Of a stretch of 64,000 bases of DNA, positions 10,409 to 19,421 are shown in pieces. Made by a program: the position numbers and the translations under genes. The stretch covers positions 59,129-123,128 of IMG/VR virus record IMGVR_UViG_3300032138_000942; one strand, written 5' to 3'. Source of the stretch: a virus. Taxonomy: Duplodnaviria > Caudoviricetes. A model generated the notes under the pieces. It was not told where the DNA came from and searched no databases. It worked only from the letters and a program-made list of their open reading frames with translations. How positions within the stretch are numbered: the stretch's first letter is position 1; each line of letters opens with the position of its first letter.

Positions 10409-10812
10409 CTTGGCTGGCTGTAAAGACAGCGATCACAAAAGTCTGGCTCTGGTGTAAACACAACTGGAAAATTGTGGCACTTTTGGCATACACATTTGTT
10501 CTTTATCTTTTGTTCAGCAAGAACACCAGAAACGCAAAGAAGATGCTTTCTGATGCCCGAGCAGCCCACAAGGCGGAGGTGGAGGCTTTGGAAAAGGCCC
10601 ACCAAGAACAAATCGAGAAGAGAAATAAAAATCTTGAAGAATATAGGCTTGCCTTAGAGTTAATTGAGTTTAAACTTAAAGAGAGAAGTGAAGAGATAAC
10701 AGAGAAGCAAAAACAAAGAGTTAAGGAAATTGTCGAAGAAACAAAAGATGATCCAAACAAGTTGGCCGAACTAATTAAAGAAGAGTTCGGATTCGAGATA
10801 TGGAATGACTAA
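10405..10812 (+). CDS. Membrane-anchored coiled-coil protein (inner-membrane spanin-like)
   Basis: N-terminal TM (IVALLAYTFVLYLLF) followed by a long charged coiled coil; ATGA overlap with the holin-like gene. Confidence 0.5.
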   Translation: MTWLAVKTAITKVWLWCKHNWKIVALLAYTFVLYLLFSKNTRNAKKMLSDARAAHKAEVEALEKAHQEQIEKRNKNLEEYRLALELIEFKLKERSEEITEKQKQRVKEIVEETKDDPNKLAELIKEEFGFEIWND

Positions 10813-11227
10813 ACTAGTCTCAATATTTTTAATAATGCTGTTTCCTTTTCAGGCAATGGCAGACGATCTTCCTCAAATCACACCATTGAACGAAGGGCAG
10901 GAAGCTCCATATAGCGGCGTATTATATAATGCCGCCGCCGTTGCTGAGACAATTGCTCAAAGAGAAGCTTTGATCGCTCAACACAATCTTAATCTGGAGA
11001 TTTTGGAAGAGAGACTAAAAGCAGAGTGTACTCTCCAGCTTGATAATTTGACCGCTGATCTGGATTTATGTAATCAAAAGTATAATTCCATGGTCGAGAT
11101 AAAAGACGAGCAAATCAGAAACTTACAAGATATGGCCCTCGAAAAGCCTAATTCTAGTTGGTGGTTCATCGGAGGCATCGGAACTGGTGTACTACTTACT
11201 ATAGGGGTTGTTTACGCCCTTAAGTAA
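10805..11227 (+). CDS. Exported coiled-coil protein with C-terminal membrane anchor (possible spanin partner)
   Basis: Signal peptide ending AMA|DD, coiled coil with 2 Cys, C-terminal TM WWFIGGIGTGVLLTIGVVYALK. Confidence 0.5.
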   Translation: MTKLVSIFLIMLFPFQAMADDLPQITPLNEGQEAPYSGVLYNAAAVAETIAQREALIAQHNLNLEILEERLKAECTLQLDNLTADLDLCNQKYNSMVEIKDEQIRNLQDMALEKPNSSWWFIGGIGTGVLLTIGVVYALK

Positions 11228-11241
11228 GAGGAGGCTCTATT

Positions 11242-12051
11242 GTGGGTCAATCATTCAGGCCAGGTGTTGGGAACATTGCTCTTTATACTGAGGGCAAGTT
11301 AAGAGAGAAGATCCGAGTTTATTCCACTGCGGGAGCCGGCGAGGTAAACACCGGAGCTAATGTTGGCAACGGCGATGGAACCTTTTATCAAAAGTCAGGA
11401 ACAGAACTTCAATTCAAAAGCTTCACAGCCGGCACGAATATTACTATTTCGGACGACGGCTCAGGAACCATAACAATTTCCGCTGTTCAGTCTGAAGACG
11501 ATGTGGGCTGGATCGCCAGAAGCCCAGGCCAGATTGACACAACTGGCTCAGTGGGCATTACAGGATCTCTGGATGTTTTTGGCAACACTACTTTAGGAAA
11601 CGCTGTTTCGGATACTATTACGGTGACAGGGCAATTGACGGGTTCCACGGGAGCCTACTTCAATGGGTTGGTCGGAATCGGAACCACTCCAGACTCAAAT
11701 TACGGTCTAATCCTTCCTAACGATGCCACGACTGGTCAAATTAAAGCGACAGCATATGTGACTTATTCTGACGAGAGAATTAAAACAAATATTCAACCGA
11801 TTCTCGGGGCAATTAATAAAGTTAAGTCGATGCAGGGCGTAACTTATAATTTAAAAAGCGGAGGCTCACTAGAAATCGGCCTGATCGCTCAAGAAATAGA
11901 AAAAATTGCCCCCGAAGTTGTGGACTCAAACAGCGATCTTCTGGGGATTGAGTATTCCCGCTTAACTCCAATTTTAATTGAAGCGATAAAAGATCAACAA
12001 AAACAGATAGATGCTTTACAAAGCGCCTTAGTCGCTCTTTTAGATTCTTAA
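11242..12051 (+). CDS. Short fibre/spike protein with C-terminal peptidase S74 intramolecular chaperone
   Basis: GTG start; 'YSDERIKTNI...GLIAQEIEKIAPEVV...YSRLTPILIEAIKDQQ'; ACTACTTA at 11191-11198. Confidence 0.8.
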   Translation: MGQSFRPGVGNIALYTEGKLREKIRVYSTAGAGEVNTGANVGNGDGTFYQKSGTELQFKSFTAGTNITISDDGSGTITISAVQSEDDVGWIARSPGQIDTTGSVGITGSLDVFGNTTLGNAVSDTITVTGQLTGSTGAYFNGLVGIGTTPDSNYGLILPNDATTGQIKATAYVTYSDERIKTNIQPILGAINKVKSMQGVTYNLKSGGSLEIGLIAQEIEKIAPEVVDSNSDLLGIEYSRLTPILIEAIKDQQKQIDALQSALVALLDS

Positions 12052-12089
12052 AAGCTCTATTTTTTACGGTGAATTCCAAGACGTCATGG

Positions 12090-12196
12090 CTATTTAGTTA
12101 TGGCGAGAGGGTCGCCACTCCATGCCCATTGTGGCAACTGAATGGCTATATCTTTCGCCCAACCATAAAAAACACATAATATGGAGGGTTTTTTAA
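12090..12196 (+). promoter_or_regulatory. Late motif CTATTTA (12090-12096) followed by a structured 5' leader with alternative pairings and an anti-SD
   Basis: TGGCGA 12101-06 pairs with TCGCCA 12112-17, or GGCGAGAG 12102-09 pairs with CTTTCGCC 12152-59. CTCCAT 12118-23 is complementary to ATGGAG 12181-86 (the SD). Confidence 0.5.
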
Positions 12197-14995
12197 ATGG
12201 CAACAACTTATACCGAGTACGCGAAGTTTAACTTTGTGGAGGGAGTCTCTGGTTCTGAAAATAAAGAACCGAGAATCTTTGCATCTGGTTCTTCGGCAAG
12301 TACTCCTAAACTTTACATTTCCCAGTCGACTGGTATCGTCGACTTGGCCGGTGGTAATACTCTTACTGTAGCCGGTGACTCAGGATCGGGTGATATCGAT
12401 CTTGGTTCTGATACTTTTACAATTGCTGGTACTTCGAATGAGGTTGATACTTCGTTCGCTGGTACGACATTAACAGTTGGTCTTCCGACCAACGTTACTG
12501 TGGCTGGCAACCTCACCCTTGGTGGAAACATCATCGGTGACGCAGACGAAAACAAAGCGATTTTCGTTGCCACAACAACAGCAACCAACACCATTACACT
12601 TGGTGGTGGTGGACAGGTAGTCGCTGCTGGCGACCTCGACGTCGCTGACGACGTTACCTTGAGTTCCGACTCCGCTGTTCTTTCTTTAGGTGCTGGCGCT
12701 GATGCCACACTTACTCACGATGGCACAACTGGTCTTACCATTGCTGCTACTCCAATCTCTATTGATTCTACTGGTGGATTAGATCTTAACTCAACCACTG
12801 GAGACATTAACTTCCAAGACGGTGGCACCAACCAAATTTCGTTGGACATGGACGGCACGGCTGGCGAAGTTATTATGCAACTCAAGGTGGATAGTGACGA
12901 TTTCGTCTTTAAACAGTTCGATGGCACTGAAGTTTTCCGAGTAGAAGACAACGGTGATTTCGATATCGCTGGAGGTCTTGGATCTTCTGGTGTTACTGTA
13001 TCCTCCGCTGGAGCACTCTCCGCGGACGGCAGAATCGTGACTGACGATACAACTGAGGCCACAAGCACTACTGACGGATCTTTACAGACCGATGGTGGTT
13101 TGAGCGTTGCTAAGAGCGCCGTTGTCGGTGACGACCTCGACTTGCTCTCTGACTCAGCTATCCTTAGTATGGGTGCTGGCAAAGATGCTACACTTACTCA
13201 CGATGGAACAACTGGTTTGACTATCGCTGCAACACCTATTTCTATCAATTCCACAGGCGACCTTACCTTGGATTCTAGCACCGACATCGTTCTTGATGCT
13301 GGTGGCGCTGACGTCATTCTTAAGGATGATGGAACAGCTTTTGGACAATTCACCAAAAGCACCAACACCTTTCAGATGTCCGCTTCCCTTGGAGATCTCA
13401 CCTTAGTTGGTGGTGCAGCCGCCGACATCAACCTCGACGCTGCTGACAAGGTTATCCTTGACGCTGATGGTGGTGCCGTTCTTCTTAAAGATGGTGGCAC
13501 ACTCCAACTTAAGTTGAATATGGCTCACGCCTCTGGGCAGTCCATTTCGTCTTCCGTAAGTGGCGATGACATTCTCTTTGAGTGTAATCCAGTGGGCGAA
13601 ATTGCTCGCTTTGATGCTTCGGCAACATCCTTGCTTATGGCTGAGAGCAACAAAATTGAGTTCTATGATGCAACTCAGTTTATCCATGGTTCTTCGGCAG
13701 CAGATCTTTCGATTGGTGCCACTACGGACGTAAACGTTGATTGTACTACTTTGGACGTCAATGCTGCCATGAACGTATCTGGAGAGGCAGTTTTTCAAAC
13801 TGGTATCGCTCCTGACGCCAACGATGGCGCTTACTTAGGTCAAGCAGGCACAGCCTTTTCCGACCTCTTCCTTGCTGAAGGTGGAGTAATCAACTGGGAT
13901 AGTGGTGACGTCACCATGACTCAAACTGGCGACCTTCTTAGCGTTGCTGGTGGTAACCTTCGAACAATCCGCCTTGAGCTGGACAGTGCTGCTGATTACC
14001 TTGACGTCGACACCGACCTTAAGGTAGTTGCTGCTGCTGACATCGTGCTTTCGGCAGGCGGCGGGAACGTTCTTCCTGGCTCTGCTGACGGGGCCGCTCT
14101 TGGTAGTGCCGCAGCAGAGTGGTCTGACCTTTTCCTTGCTGATAGTTCCACTATCCAGTTTGGTAATGACCAAGACACCACCCTTACTCATACTGACGGC
14201 ACAGGCCTCACTCTGAATAGCACCAACAAGCTTTGTTTCCAAGACACTGCTACTTTCGTTAACTCTAGTGCTGACGGACAACTTGACATCGACGCTGACG
14301 TCGAGGTTGAGATCTCCACACTCACTTTGGATATCGACGCCACTACTGCTGTTGCAATTACTTCGCCAAGCGTTGTGATTGATAGCGGCACAAGTGATAA
14401 ACCACTCGTTGTAATTTCGAACACCAACGCCGATGCTAACCCAGGAACTTTGAAATTCCTCAAGGATAGCGCTTCACCAGCTGACGACGATGAGCTTGGT
14501 GAGATCGAGTTCTATGGTGACGACACTGGTGGTAGCTCCGACATGATGGCTAAAATTCTTGTAACTCAAACTGACGTTACAGCTACAGAAGAAGATGCCA
14601 AGATGGAATTCAAAGTTCGTGTTGCTGGTGCAATTAAAACTTTGACTTGGGGTAATGCTGCTGGTCTTGTGCTTCCAAACGATTCCACTAATGGTATTGT
14701 TACAGCACATTCCTACGTTACTTACTCTGACGAGACTCTCAAGACTAACATCAACTCGCTTGATAATGCTCTTGATACAGTCAAGTCCCTTCGTGGTGTA
14801 AGCTACGACTGGAAAAACGACGGAAAGTCCGATATCGGATTTATCGCTCAAGAAGTAAATCAGGTTATTCCTGAAGTTGTCCGAGCCAACAATGGCGAAG
14901 GCGACCACTTCGGTCTTGACTATGCCCGTCTTACCGCTGTTCTCGTAGAAGCTGTCAAGGAATTGGCTGCTAAGGTTGAGAACAACGACAAGTAA
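12197..14995 (+). CDS. Long fibre protein with internal repeats and C-terminal peptidase S74 chaperone
   Basis: 932 aa, G/D/T/S/A-rich beta repeats; C-terminus 'YSDETLKTNI...RGVSYDWK...GFIAQEV...LDYARLTAVLVEAVKEL'. Confidence 0.85.
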   Translation: MATTYTEYAKFNFVEGVSGSENKEPRIFASGSSASTPKLYISQSTGIVDLAGGNTLTVAGDSGSGDIDLGSDTFTIAGTSNEVDTSFAGTTLTVGLPTNVTVAGNLTLGGNIIGDADENKAIFVATTTATNTITLGGGGQVVAAGDLDVADDVTLSSDSAVLSLGAGADATLTHDGTTGLTIAATPISIDSTGGLDLNSTTGDINFQDGGTNQISLDMDGTAGEVIMQLKVDSDDFVFKQFDGTEVFRVEDNGDFDIAGGLGSSGVTVSSAGALSADGRIVTDDTTEATSTTDGSLQTDGGLSVAKSAVVGDDLDLLSDSAILSMGAGKDATLTHDGTTGLTIAATPISINSTGDLTLDSSTDIVLDAGGADVILKDDGTAFGQFTKSTNTFQMSASLGDLTLVGGAAADINLDAADKVILDADGGAVLLKDGGTLQLKLNMAHASGQSISSSVSGDDILFECNPVGEIARFDASATSLLMAESNKIEFYDATQFIHGSSAADLSIGATTDVNVDCTTLDVNAAMNVSGEAVFQTGIAPDANDGAYLGQAGTAFSDLFLAEGGVINWDSGDVTMTQTGDLLSVAGGNLRTIRLELDSAADYLDVDTDLKVVAAADIVLSAGGGNVLPGSADGAALGSAAAEWSDLFLADSSTIQFGNDQDTTLTHTDGTGLTLNSTNKLCFQDTATFVNSSADGQLDIDADVEVEISTLTLDIDATTAVAITSPSVVIDSGTSDKPLVVISNTNADANPGTLKFLKDSASPADDDELGEIEFYGDDTGGSSDMMAKILVTQTDVTATEEDAKMEFKVRVAGAIKTLTWGNAAGLVLPNDSTNGIVTAHSYVTYSDETLKTNINSLDNALDTVKSLRGVSYDWKNDGKSDIGFIAQEVNQVIPEVVRANNGEGDHFGLDYARLTAVLVEAVKELAAKVENNDK
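12660..13260 (+). repeat. Internal duplication of about 40 aa in the fibre gene
   Basis: 'SDSAVLSLGAGADATLTHDGTTGLTIAATPISIDSTG' (~12660-12780) vs 'SDSAILSMGAGKDATLTHDGTTGLTIAATPISINSTG' (~13145-13260); a weaker third copy lies near 14140-14220. Confidence 0.85.
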
Positions 14996-15040
14996 TTCAT
15001 TTTTGATTTACAGTTGATTAGTTTCGACTAACCAATAATA

Positions 15041-15083
15041 GGTGCCCCGTTCAGGTTTCGACTTGGGCGGGGCATCTTGCTTT
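15041..15083 (+). terminator. Intrinsic terminator-like hairpin with TTCG loop
   Basis: GGTGCCCCGTTCAGGT-TTCG-ACTTGGGCGGGGCATC (16-bp stem including G-U pairs) followed by TTGCTTT. Confidence 0.75.
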
Positions 15084-15099
15084 AAACTTTATGAAAACC

Positions 15100-15108
15100 T
15101 GGTATAAT
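15100..15108 (+). promoter_or_regulatory. Extended -10 promoter TGGTATAAT
   Basis: TGnTATAAT 8 nt upstream of ATG 15116 with no SD, consistent with a leaderless transcript. Confidence 0.5.
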
Positions 15109-15115
15109 TACTAAT

Positions 15116-15553
15116 ATGAAAAGAGATCAAAAATTTGTTGTTGAAGTCGAAAGAGCCATGTCAAAAAAATATGGAGAAGAGACCGTTCAGAATCCGAAGA
15201 GACATTGGGATGACGAAAAGGAAAAAGATTACCTCGAACAATTAAAGAAAGTTCAAGAAAAAGAAGACGCCTTAAAACATAAAAGGCAGAAGGTGAAACA
15301 GGGTGATGTCTTTATAGACAAAAGATTTTTAGATAAAAAAGATGATCGAAGCTGTCCGGTGTGCTCGACTTATTCTTTTTCCCCTCAAGATGATTTATAT
15401 ATTAATAAGTTTTCTTGTTGTAAGCCCTGCTATATAGTATTTGTAGAAGACCGAGAAGAAAAGTGGAAGACGGGATGGAGACCAACTAAAGATGAAGTTA
15501 AAAGTAGAAGATTTACGAAAGATAATAATGGAAGAAGTGAAAAAAGCACTTGA
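15116..15553 (+). CDS. Hypothetical Zn-finger protein
   Basis: 145 aa, CPVC...CCKPC motif. Confidence 0.65.
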   Translation: MKRDQKFVVEVERAMSKKYGEETVQNPKRHWDDEKEKDYLEQLKKVQEKEDALKHKRQKVKQGDVFIDKRFLDKKDDRSCPVCSTYSFSPQDDLYINKFSCCKPCYIVFVEDREEKWKTGWRPTKDEVKSRRFTKDNNGRSEKST

Positions 15554-15731
15554 TGAAGTCTCACCCGAAGACGAAACGATGATCTTTACCCAAATGATTC
15601 GAGACGTCGCCAAGGATCTCATCGTGACCCACAAAAGTTTAAACCCAACTCAGCAAGAGGCTTATGAGAACTTATTAGTCCAGGCTGGCAACGCTTTGGC
15701 AGAAAAACGAGAGCAGGAAGAAAAGTTCTAA
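15492..15731 (+). CDS. Small hypothetical protein with 'KL...LRKIIMEE' N-terminal motif
   Basis: 79 aa; N-terminus parallels ORF 24662..25075; overlaps the upstream gene by 62 nt. Confidence 0.55.
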   Translation: MKLKVEDLRKIIMEEVKKALDEVSPEDETMIFTQMIRDVAKDLIVTHKSLNPTQQEAYENLLVQAGNALAEKREQEEKF

Positions 15732-15788
15732 CAATTCATCAGGTTGGAGACTATTTAAACGGAGAGTTAACACCGTTGGAGAATTTGA

Positions 15789-18278
15789 ATGAGCCCACTT
15801 AAAACTGACTTTGAAAATTGGAGGGGTTTTCTGAATGAAAGCCTGATAATTGAAAGCCGGTTCTCTGATGCCCTGGCATATGCCCAGAACTTTAATAAGG
15901 GAGCTAAACAGTTCAAAGTCAAAGATGTAATTGACCAGATGTCGGATGAACAAATTGCCATCCTCAAGAAGGGGGTGGAGAGAGCCATTGAGGCCGCCAA
16001 AGAAGATGATCCAAGTGGAGATAACAAGTATCTTATGTGGGTCGCTCGATTTATTAGAAAAGACCTGATGAGAAGACTACAGAAGTACGGCAAACAGTGG
16101 AACACAACCCCTGTTCTGTGGAATGATCCCGATGCCGTAAAGGATAGCATACACGACCCTGACTATGTAGTGACGAATATTGCCTCGCTCATCGTCGACA
16201 ATGTTGTTGGCCTTGGCACGCCAATCAAAAATTATCACTTGCTGAAACAAAAAGGGGTCGTTACAAAAGATATATATGATTTTGATCCCACGAACGAGGT
16301 TGGCGATTTTAAGAACTATGTTGAAGGAGCGACTCAGATACTCCGAGACAAAGAAAAAAAGGCAGAACTAAAGAAACAAGCAGCGGGGGAAGCGGACGAC
16401 GTTCTTGAAACCGAAGACTATGCCGTCATTCGCCCCAACACTGAGGGAGCCTCCTGTTATTATGGCTGGGGCACCCGCTGGTGTATTTCAGCGAGAGAAT
16501 CAAAGAATTATTTTAATCAGTATGCCGGCGAGGGAAAAGCGTTTTATTTCGTTATGTTCCGACATTTGTCCAAGACCAACAGCCCCAACAAAAAGATGGC
16601 TCTTGTGTATGGAAAGGACCAGACTCACGGCGACGACCCAGAACAGGTTTTTGATGCTCTAGATGACGAAGTTGGAGAACCAGGCCTGGTTGAAGGAATC
16701 ACTGACAACCTGCTTTTCAAGATTATAGAGAGAGCCGACGCTCTCAAAACAGCAAGAGAGACCATCAAGAACCTCGACCATGATCTAGATCGGCAAGACC
16801 GAACCAACGTAGTAAAAGATGAGGTGGCTAGGATTATAGAAGACCCCGCCGACTCAGGCAAATCGATTGAGGCGGTTTTGAGCATAGCACAGGTTCTTTT
16901 CCCAGATACATATGAGGATGAAACTGATTTTGAAATCCAGCCTTTCCAAGATAAATTTGATGAGTTGGTCCAGGAGCAATATAGTGATATTGTTGGCAAC
17001 GCAGGTTATCACGCTGAAGAAAACCCCTCCGGCCCAAAGCACGATGACTACGAGAAGGTGTTTGATCAGTACGCCCCGTTCAACAATATCTATGTGAACT
17101 ATGATGAATACGATACAGGCTCGTGGTATTGGGATGCTAGTTTTAGCATTGCTTCAGACGATCCTCACTTTAAAGATTTACAGATTCCCGAAGATGTTGA
17201 CATGGACGACTTTGCAAATGCTATTCACAAAGGCATAGACGGCGCCGGCATTTATCCGGACGAAGTTGAATCTGATGGCTATGAAAATGAAGCTCGTGTA
17301 AGGCTCACGCCCGATTATGATGAAACGAATGGCATCGATGGTTTCGAAAGATTCCTTAGTAGAATGAACGATGCTGATGAGATATTGGGCGATGATAGTT
17401 TTTGGGACTCTCTTTCAGAGGCTTTAATGGATGCTGGCTTGACATCCGGAGGTTTGAAAGAATTAGAAGATAAACTTGACGAGATTGACTTTAAGAACAT
17501 AGAGTACGGCATGGAAGGCACAGAGTTTAACATTGTATTAGAATTGGATCCTGTTCTTGGCAGACCAAAAGGGATTTCAGGAATGTATTTTGGTCGTCTG
17601 ATAAACACATTTACCGGCGGGAGATTGTCCGGACCCAAATTGAGCGACCCAGAGATTTACGCCACCGGTCCTGGCATTGACCCCGCTGAGGCCACAAGAA
17701 TCGCCAACGCTATTGGAGAGGGCACCCTTGCCAAGATTGAAAATGTAATTAGGGATAGATACAGCGACATATGGAACCAGCTGGATCTCCCTGGTTTTGA
17801 ACGAGATGAGGTTGAGGCAGAAGAAATTGACTCCTTTCCAATGATAGATATGGCCATGATCCCTCGCCCAGACAAAATAGTCCAGTTTACTCCCGATACA
17901 GCGAAAGTGCCATTTGCTTCGAAGGAAAGGGATAAGGGCGGATCCGGAATCAATATTATATATCCTTATAACCTTGTCCTTACATTAACTAACGAACAGT
18001 ATTGGGCGTCAATCGGCGTCGACGAAGAAGAACAGCGGGCATTAATAGCTTTCCTTAAATGGATCGATCAGGATGAAGTTAAGGATCAAATCGAGGCACT
18101 GCTCCAAGAAACGTTAAACAACGCTGTTCGTCAATCTATAAAGGATTATCCCCAGCGAACTGAAAAAGATTTGGAGGATAAGGGGCTTAGCAAACATTAC
18201 GCCGACGTCGAAGATGAACCCCAGGTTGCAGAGCAACTTAATGAGCTTTACAAAAGATGGGGAAAGATGATAAAATAG
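15789..18278 (+). CDS. Large acidic hypothetical protein, possible internal virion protein
   Basis: 829 aa; ACTATTTA at 15750-15757; contains 'PNTEGASCYYGWGTRWCISA...NYFNQY...FYFV' domain; N-terminal ENWRGFLNE, C-terminal LNELYKRWGKMIK. Confidence 0.7.
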   Translation: MSPLKTDFENWRGFLNESLIIESRFSDALAYAQNFNKGAKQFKVKDVIDQMSDEQIAILKKGVERAIEAAKEDDPSGDNKYLMWVARFIRKDLMRRLQKYGKQWNTTPVLWNDPDAVKDSIHDPDYVVTNIASLIVDNVVGLGTPIKNYHLLKQKGVVTKDIYDFDPTNEVGDFKNYVEGATQILRDKEKKAELKKQAAGEADDVLETEDYAVIRPNTEGASCYYGWGTRWCISARESKNYFNQYAGEGKAFYFVMFRHLSKTNSPNKKMALVYGKDQTHGDDPEQVFDALDDEVGEPGLVEGITDNLLFKIIERADALKTARETIKNLDHDLDRQDRTNVVKDEVARIIEDPADSGKSIEAVLSIAQVLFPDTYEDETDFEIQPFQDKFDELVQEQYSDIVGNAGYHAEENPSGPKHDDYEKVFDQYAPFNNIYVNYDEYDTGSWYWDASFSIASDDPHFKDLQIPEDVDMDDFANAIHKGIDGAGIYPDEVESDGYENEARVRLTPDYDETNGIDGFERFLSRMNDADEILGDDSFWDSLSEALMDAGLTSGGLKELEDKLDEIDFKNIEYGMEGTEFNIVLELDPVLGRPKGISGMYFGRLINTFTGGRLSGPKLSDPEIYATGPGIDPAEATRIANAIGEGTLAKIENVIRDRYSDIWNQLDLPGFERDEVEAEEIDSFPMIDMAMIPRPDKIVQFTPDTAKVPFASKERDKGGSGINIIYPYNLVLTLTNEQYWASIGVDEEEQRALIAFLKWIDQDEVKDQIEALLQETLNNAVRQSIKDYPQRTEKDLEDKGLSKHYADVEDEPQVAEQLNELYKRWGKMIK

Positions 18279-18282
18279 TCCC

Positions 18283-18450
18283 ATGTGTATTATCTGTGTT
18301 GAAATAGAAAAAGACAAATTAAAGTTCCGAGAAGCAATTAAAAACCTTAGAGAAATGTATTCAACCATTGGTCGAGATCATATCGACGAGGTTACAAAAA
18401 AAGTTTTAGATTTAGAAATGAAAGAATTAAAAAAGAAGAGGAAAAAATGA
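18283..18450 (+). CDS. Small hypothetical protein (55 aa, CxxC), not in the ORF track
   Basis: MCIICVEIEKDKLKFREAIKNLREM...KKKRKK; ATGA overlap with the next gene. Confidence 0.55.
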   Translation: MCIICVEIEKDKLKFREAIKNLREMYSTIGRDHIDEVTKKVLDLEMKELKKKRKK

Positions 18451-18854
18451 AACAAGTTTTATTGGCGACATTATTGTTGCTCACGACAATGGGGTGCTCG
18501 GCCACCACCTTAAACAAGAAAGAGGTAAGCCCCGTTGAACAGCCTCATGTTGTAATGTATTCTGCCTCTTGGTGTGGCTGGTGTAAAAAGGCAAAAGCTT
18601 TCTTGGAGGCAAATCACGTTTCATATGTTGAAAAGGATTTTGACAATCCAGACCATCGTAAGGAATTAATTCAGTTTGCCAAAAGAGTGGGATATACTGG
18701 TGAGCTAAACGCTATTCCTCTTTTTATTATTGAAAGCACAATTATTGTGGGCTTTAACAAAAACGCCATTATGTGTGCTATTGGTCTACGAAGATGTATT
18801 GATGCCGATTTTATAGATACTCGGCATTATTCAATCACGGCTGACTACTTATAA
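18447..18854 (+). CDS. Glutaredoxin/NrdH-like redoxin with lipoprotein signal
   Basis: Lipobox-like 'LLLTTMG|C'; 'VVMYSASWCGWCKKAKAFL', cis-Pro 'AIPLFII', 'IVGFN'. Confidence 0.75.
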   Translation: MKQVLLATLLLLTTMGCSATTLNKKEVSPVEQPHVVMYSASWCGWCKKAKAFLEANHVSYVEKDFDNPDHRKELIQFAKRVGYTGELNAIPLFIIESTIIVGFNKNAIMCAIGLRRCIDADFIDTRHYSITADYL

Positions 18855-18880
18855 AGTAACTTTATTTTAGGAGAATTCTC

Positions 18881-19399
18881 ATGGCAGATATCATGGATGT
18901 TTTAAGAGGCATCTCACAAGCAGCTTCACTAGCTTACGATGGCTCTCACGATGAGCGAACGCTTGTCGGAGGCGAGGCTAAAACAGCAGGTCTTAAAAGA
19001 GAACGAGGGGATCTAAATTTGGAAGCCCGAGTCTTGGATGGCTTTAAGGTTAGAGTCCGGGGAACTCATTTATTGATTACTTATCACTCCGAATGCCAAC
19101 TCAAAGATGTCCATAAGGCCAACAAGTTTGAATCCGATATTGAACAACATTTGGCTGATATTGTCAAATATCTCAAGAAAGAATATAAGAAAATTACAGG
19201 GGATGCTTTGACACTGACTATGGCTGATAAGCCCGATATCAAAGTAGAATATATGAACAATATCCGTTGTTGGGTAATTGCCACTTGTAATTATGAAATT
19301 GGAAATCTTAAGGGAGTGGCCGAAGTTGAAGCACCTTCCGAAGACCGGCTCAGCAAGGCGGTTAGAGACTGGTTATCGCTCGGAAAGAACAGCGCTTGA
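18881..19399 (+). CDS. Conserved hypothetical protein upstream of terminase
   Basis: 172 aa, AGGAG RBS, ACTACTTA at 18844-18851. Confidence 0.65.
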   Translation: MADIMDVLRGISQAASLAYDGSHDERTLVGGEAKTAGLKRERGDLNLEARVLDGFKVRVRGTHLLITYHSECQLKDVHKANKFESDIEQHLADIVKYLKKEYKKITGDALTLTMADKPDIKVEYMNNIRCWVIATCNYEIGNLKGVAEVEAPSEDRLSKAVRDWLSLGKNSA

Positions 19400-19421
19400 C
19401 TTAAGAGAATAAGAAAAGTGT

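Noticed and set aside
12660-13260. Diversity-generating retroelement TR/VR pair in the fibre gene
   Set aside because: Differences between the repeats are mostly synonymous third-position changes rather than adenine-specific, both copies are in-frame coding, and no reverse transcriptase is present in the window.
18881-19399. Terminase small subunit assignment
   Set aside because: Supported only by position upstream of terL; no recognisable gp16 features, so left as hypothetical.
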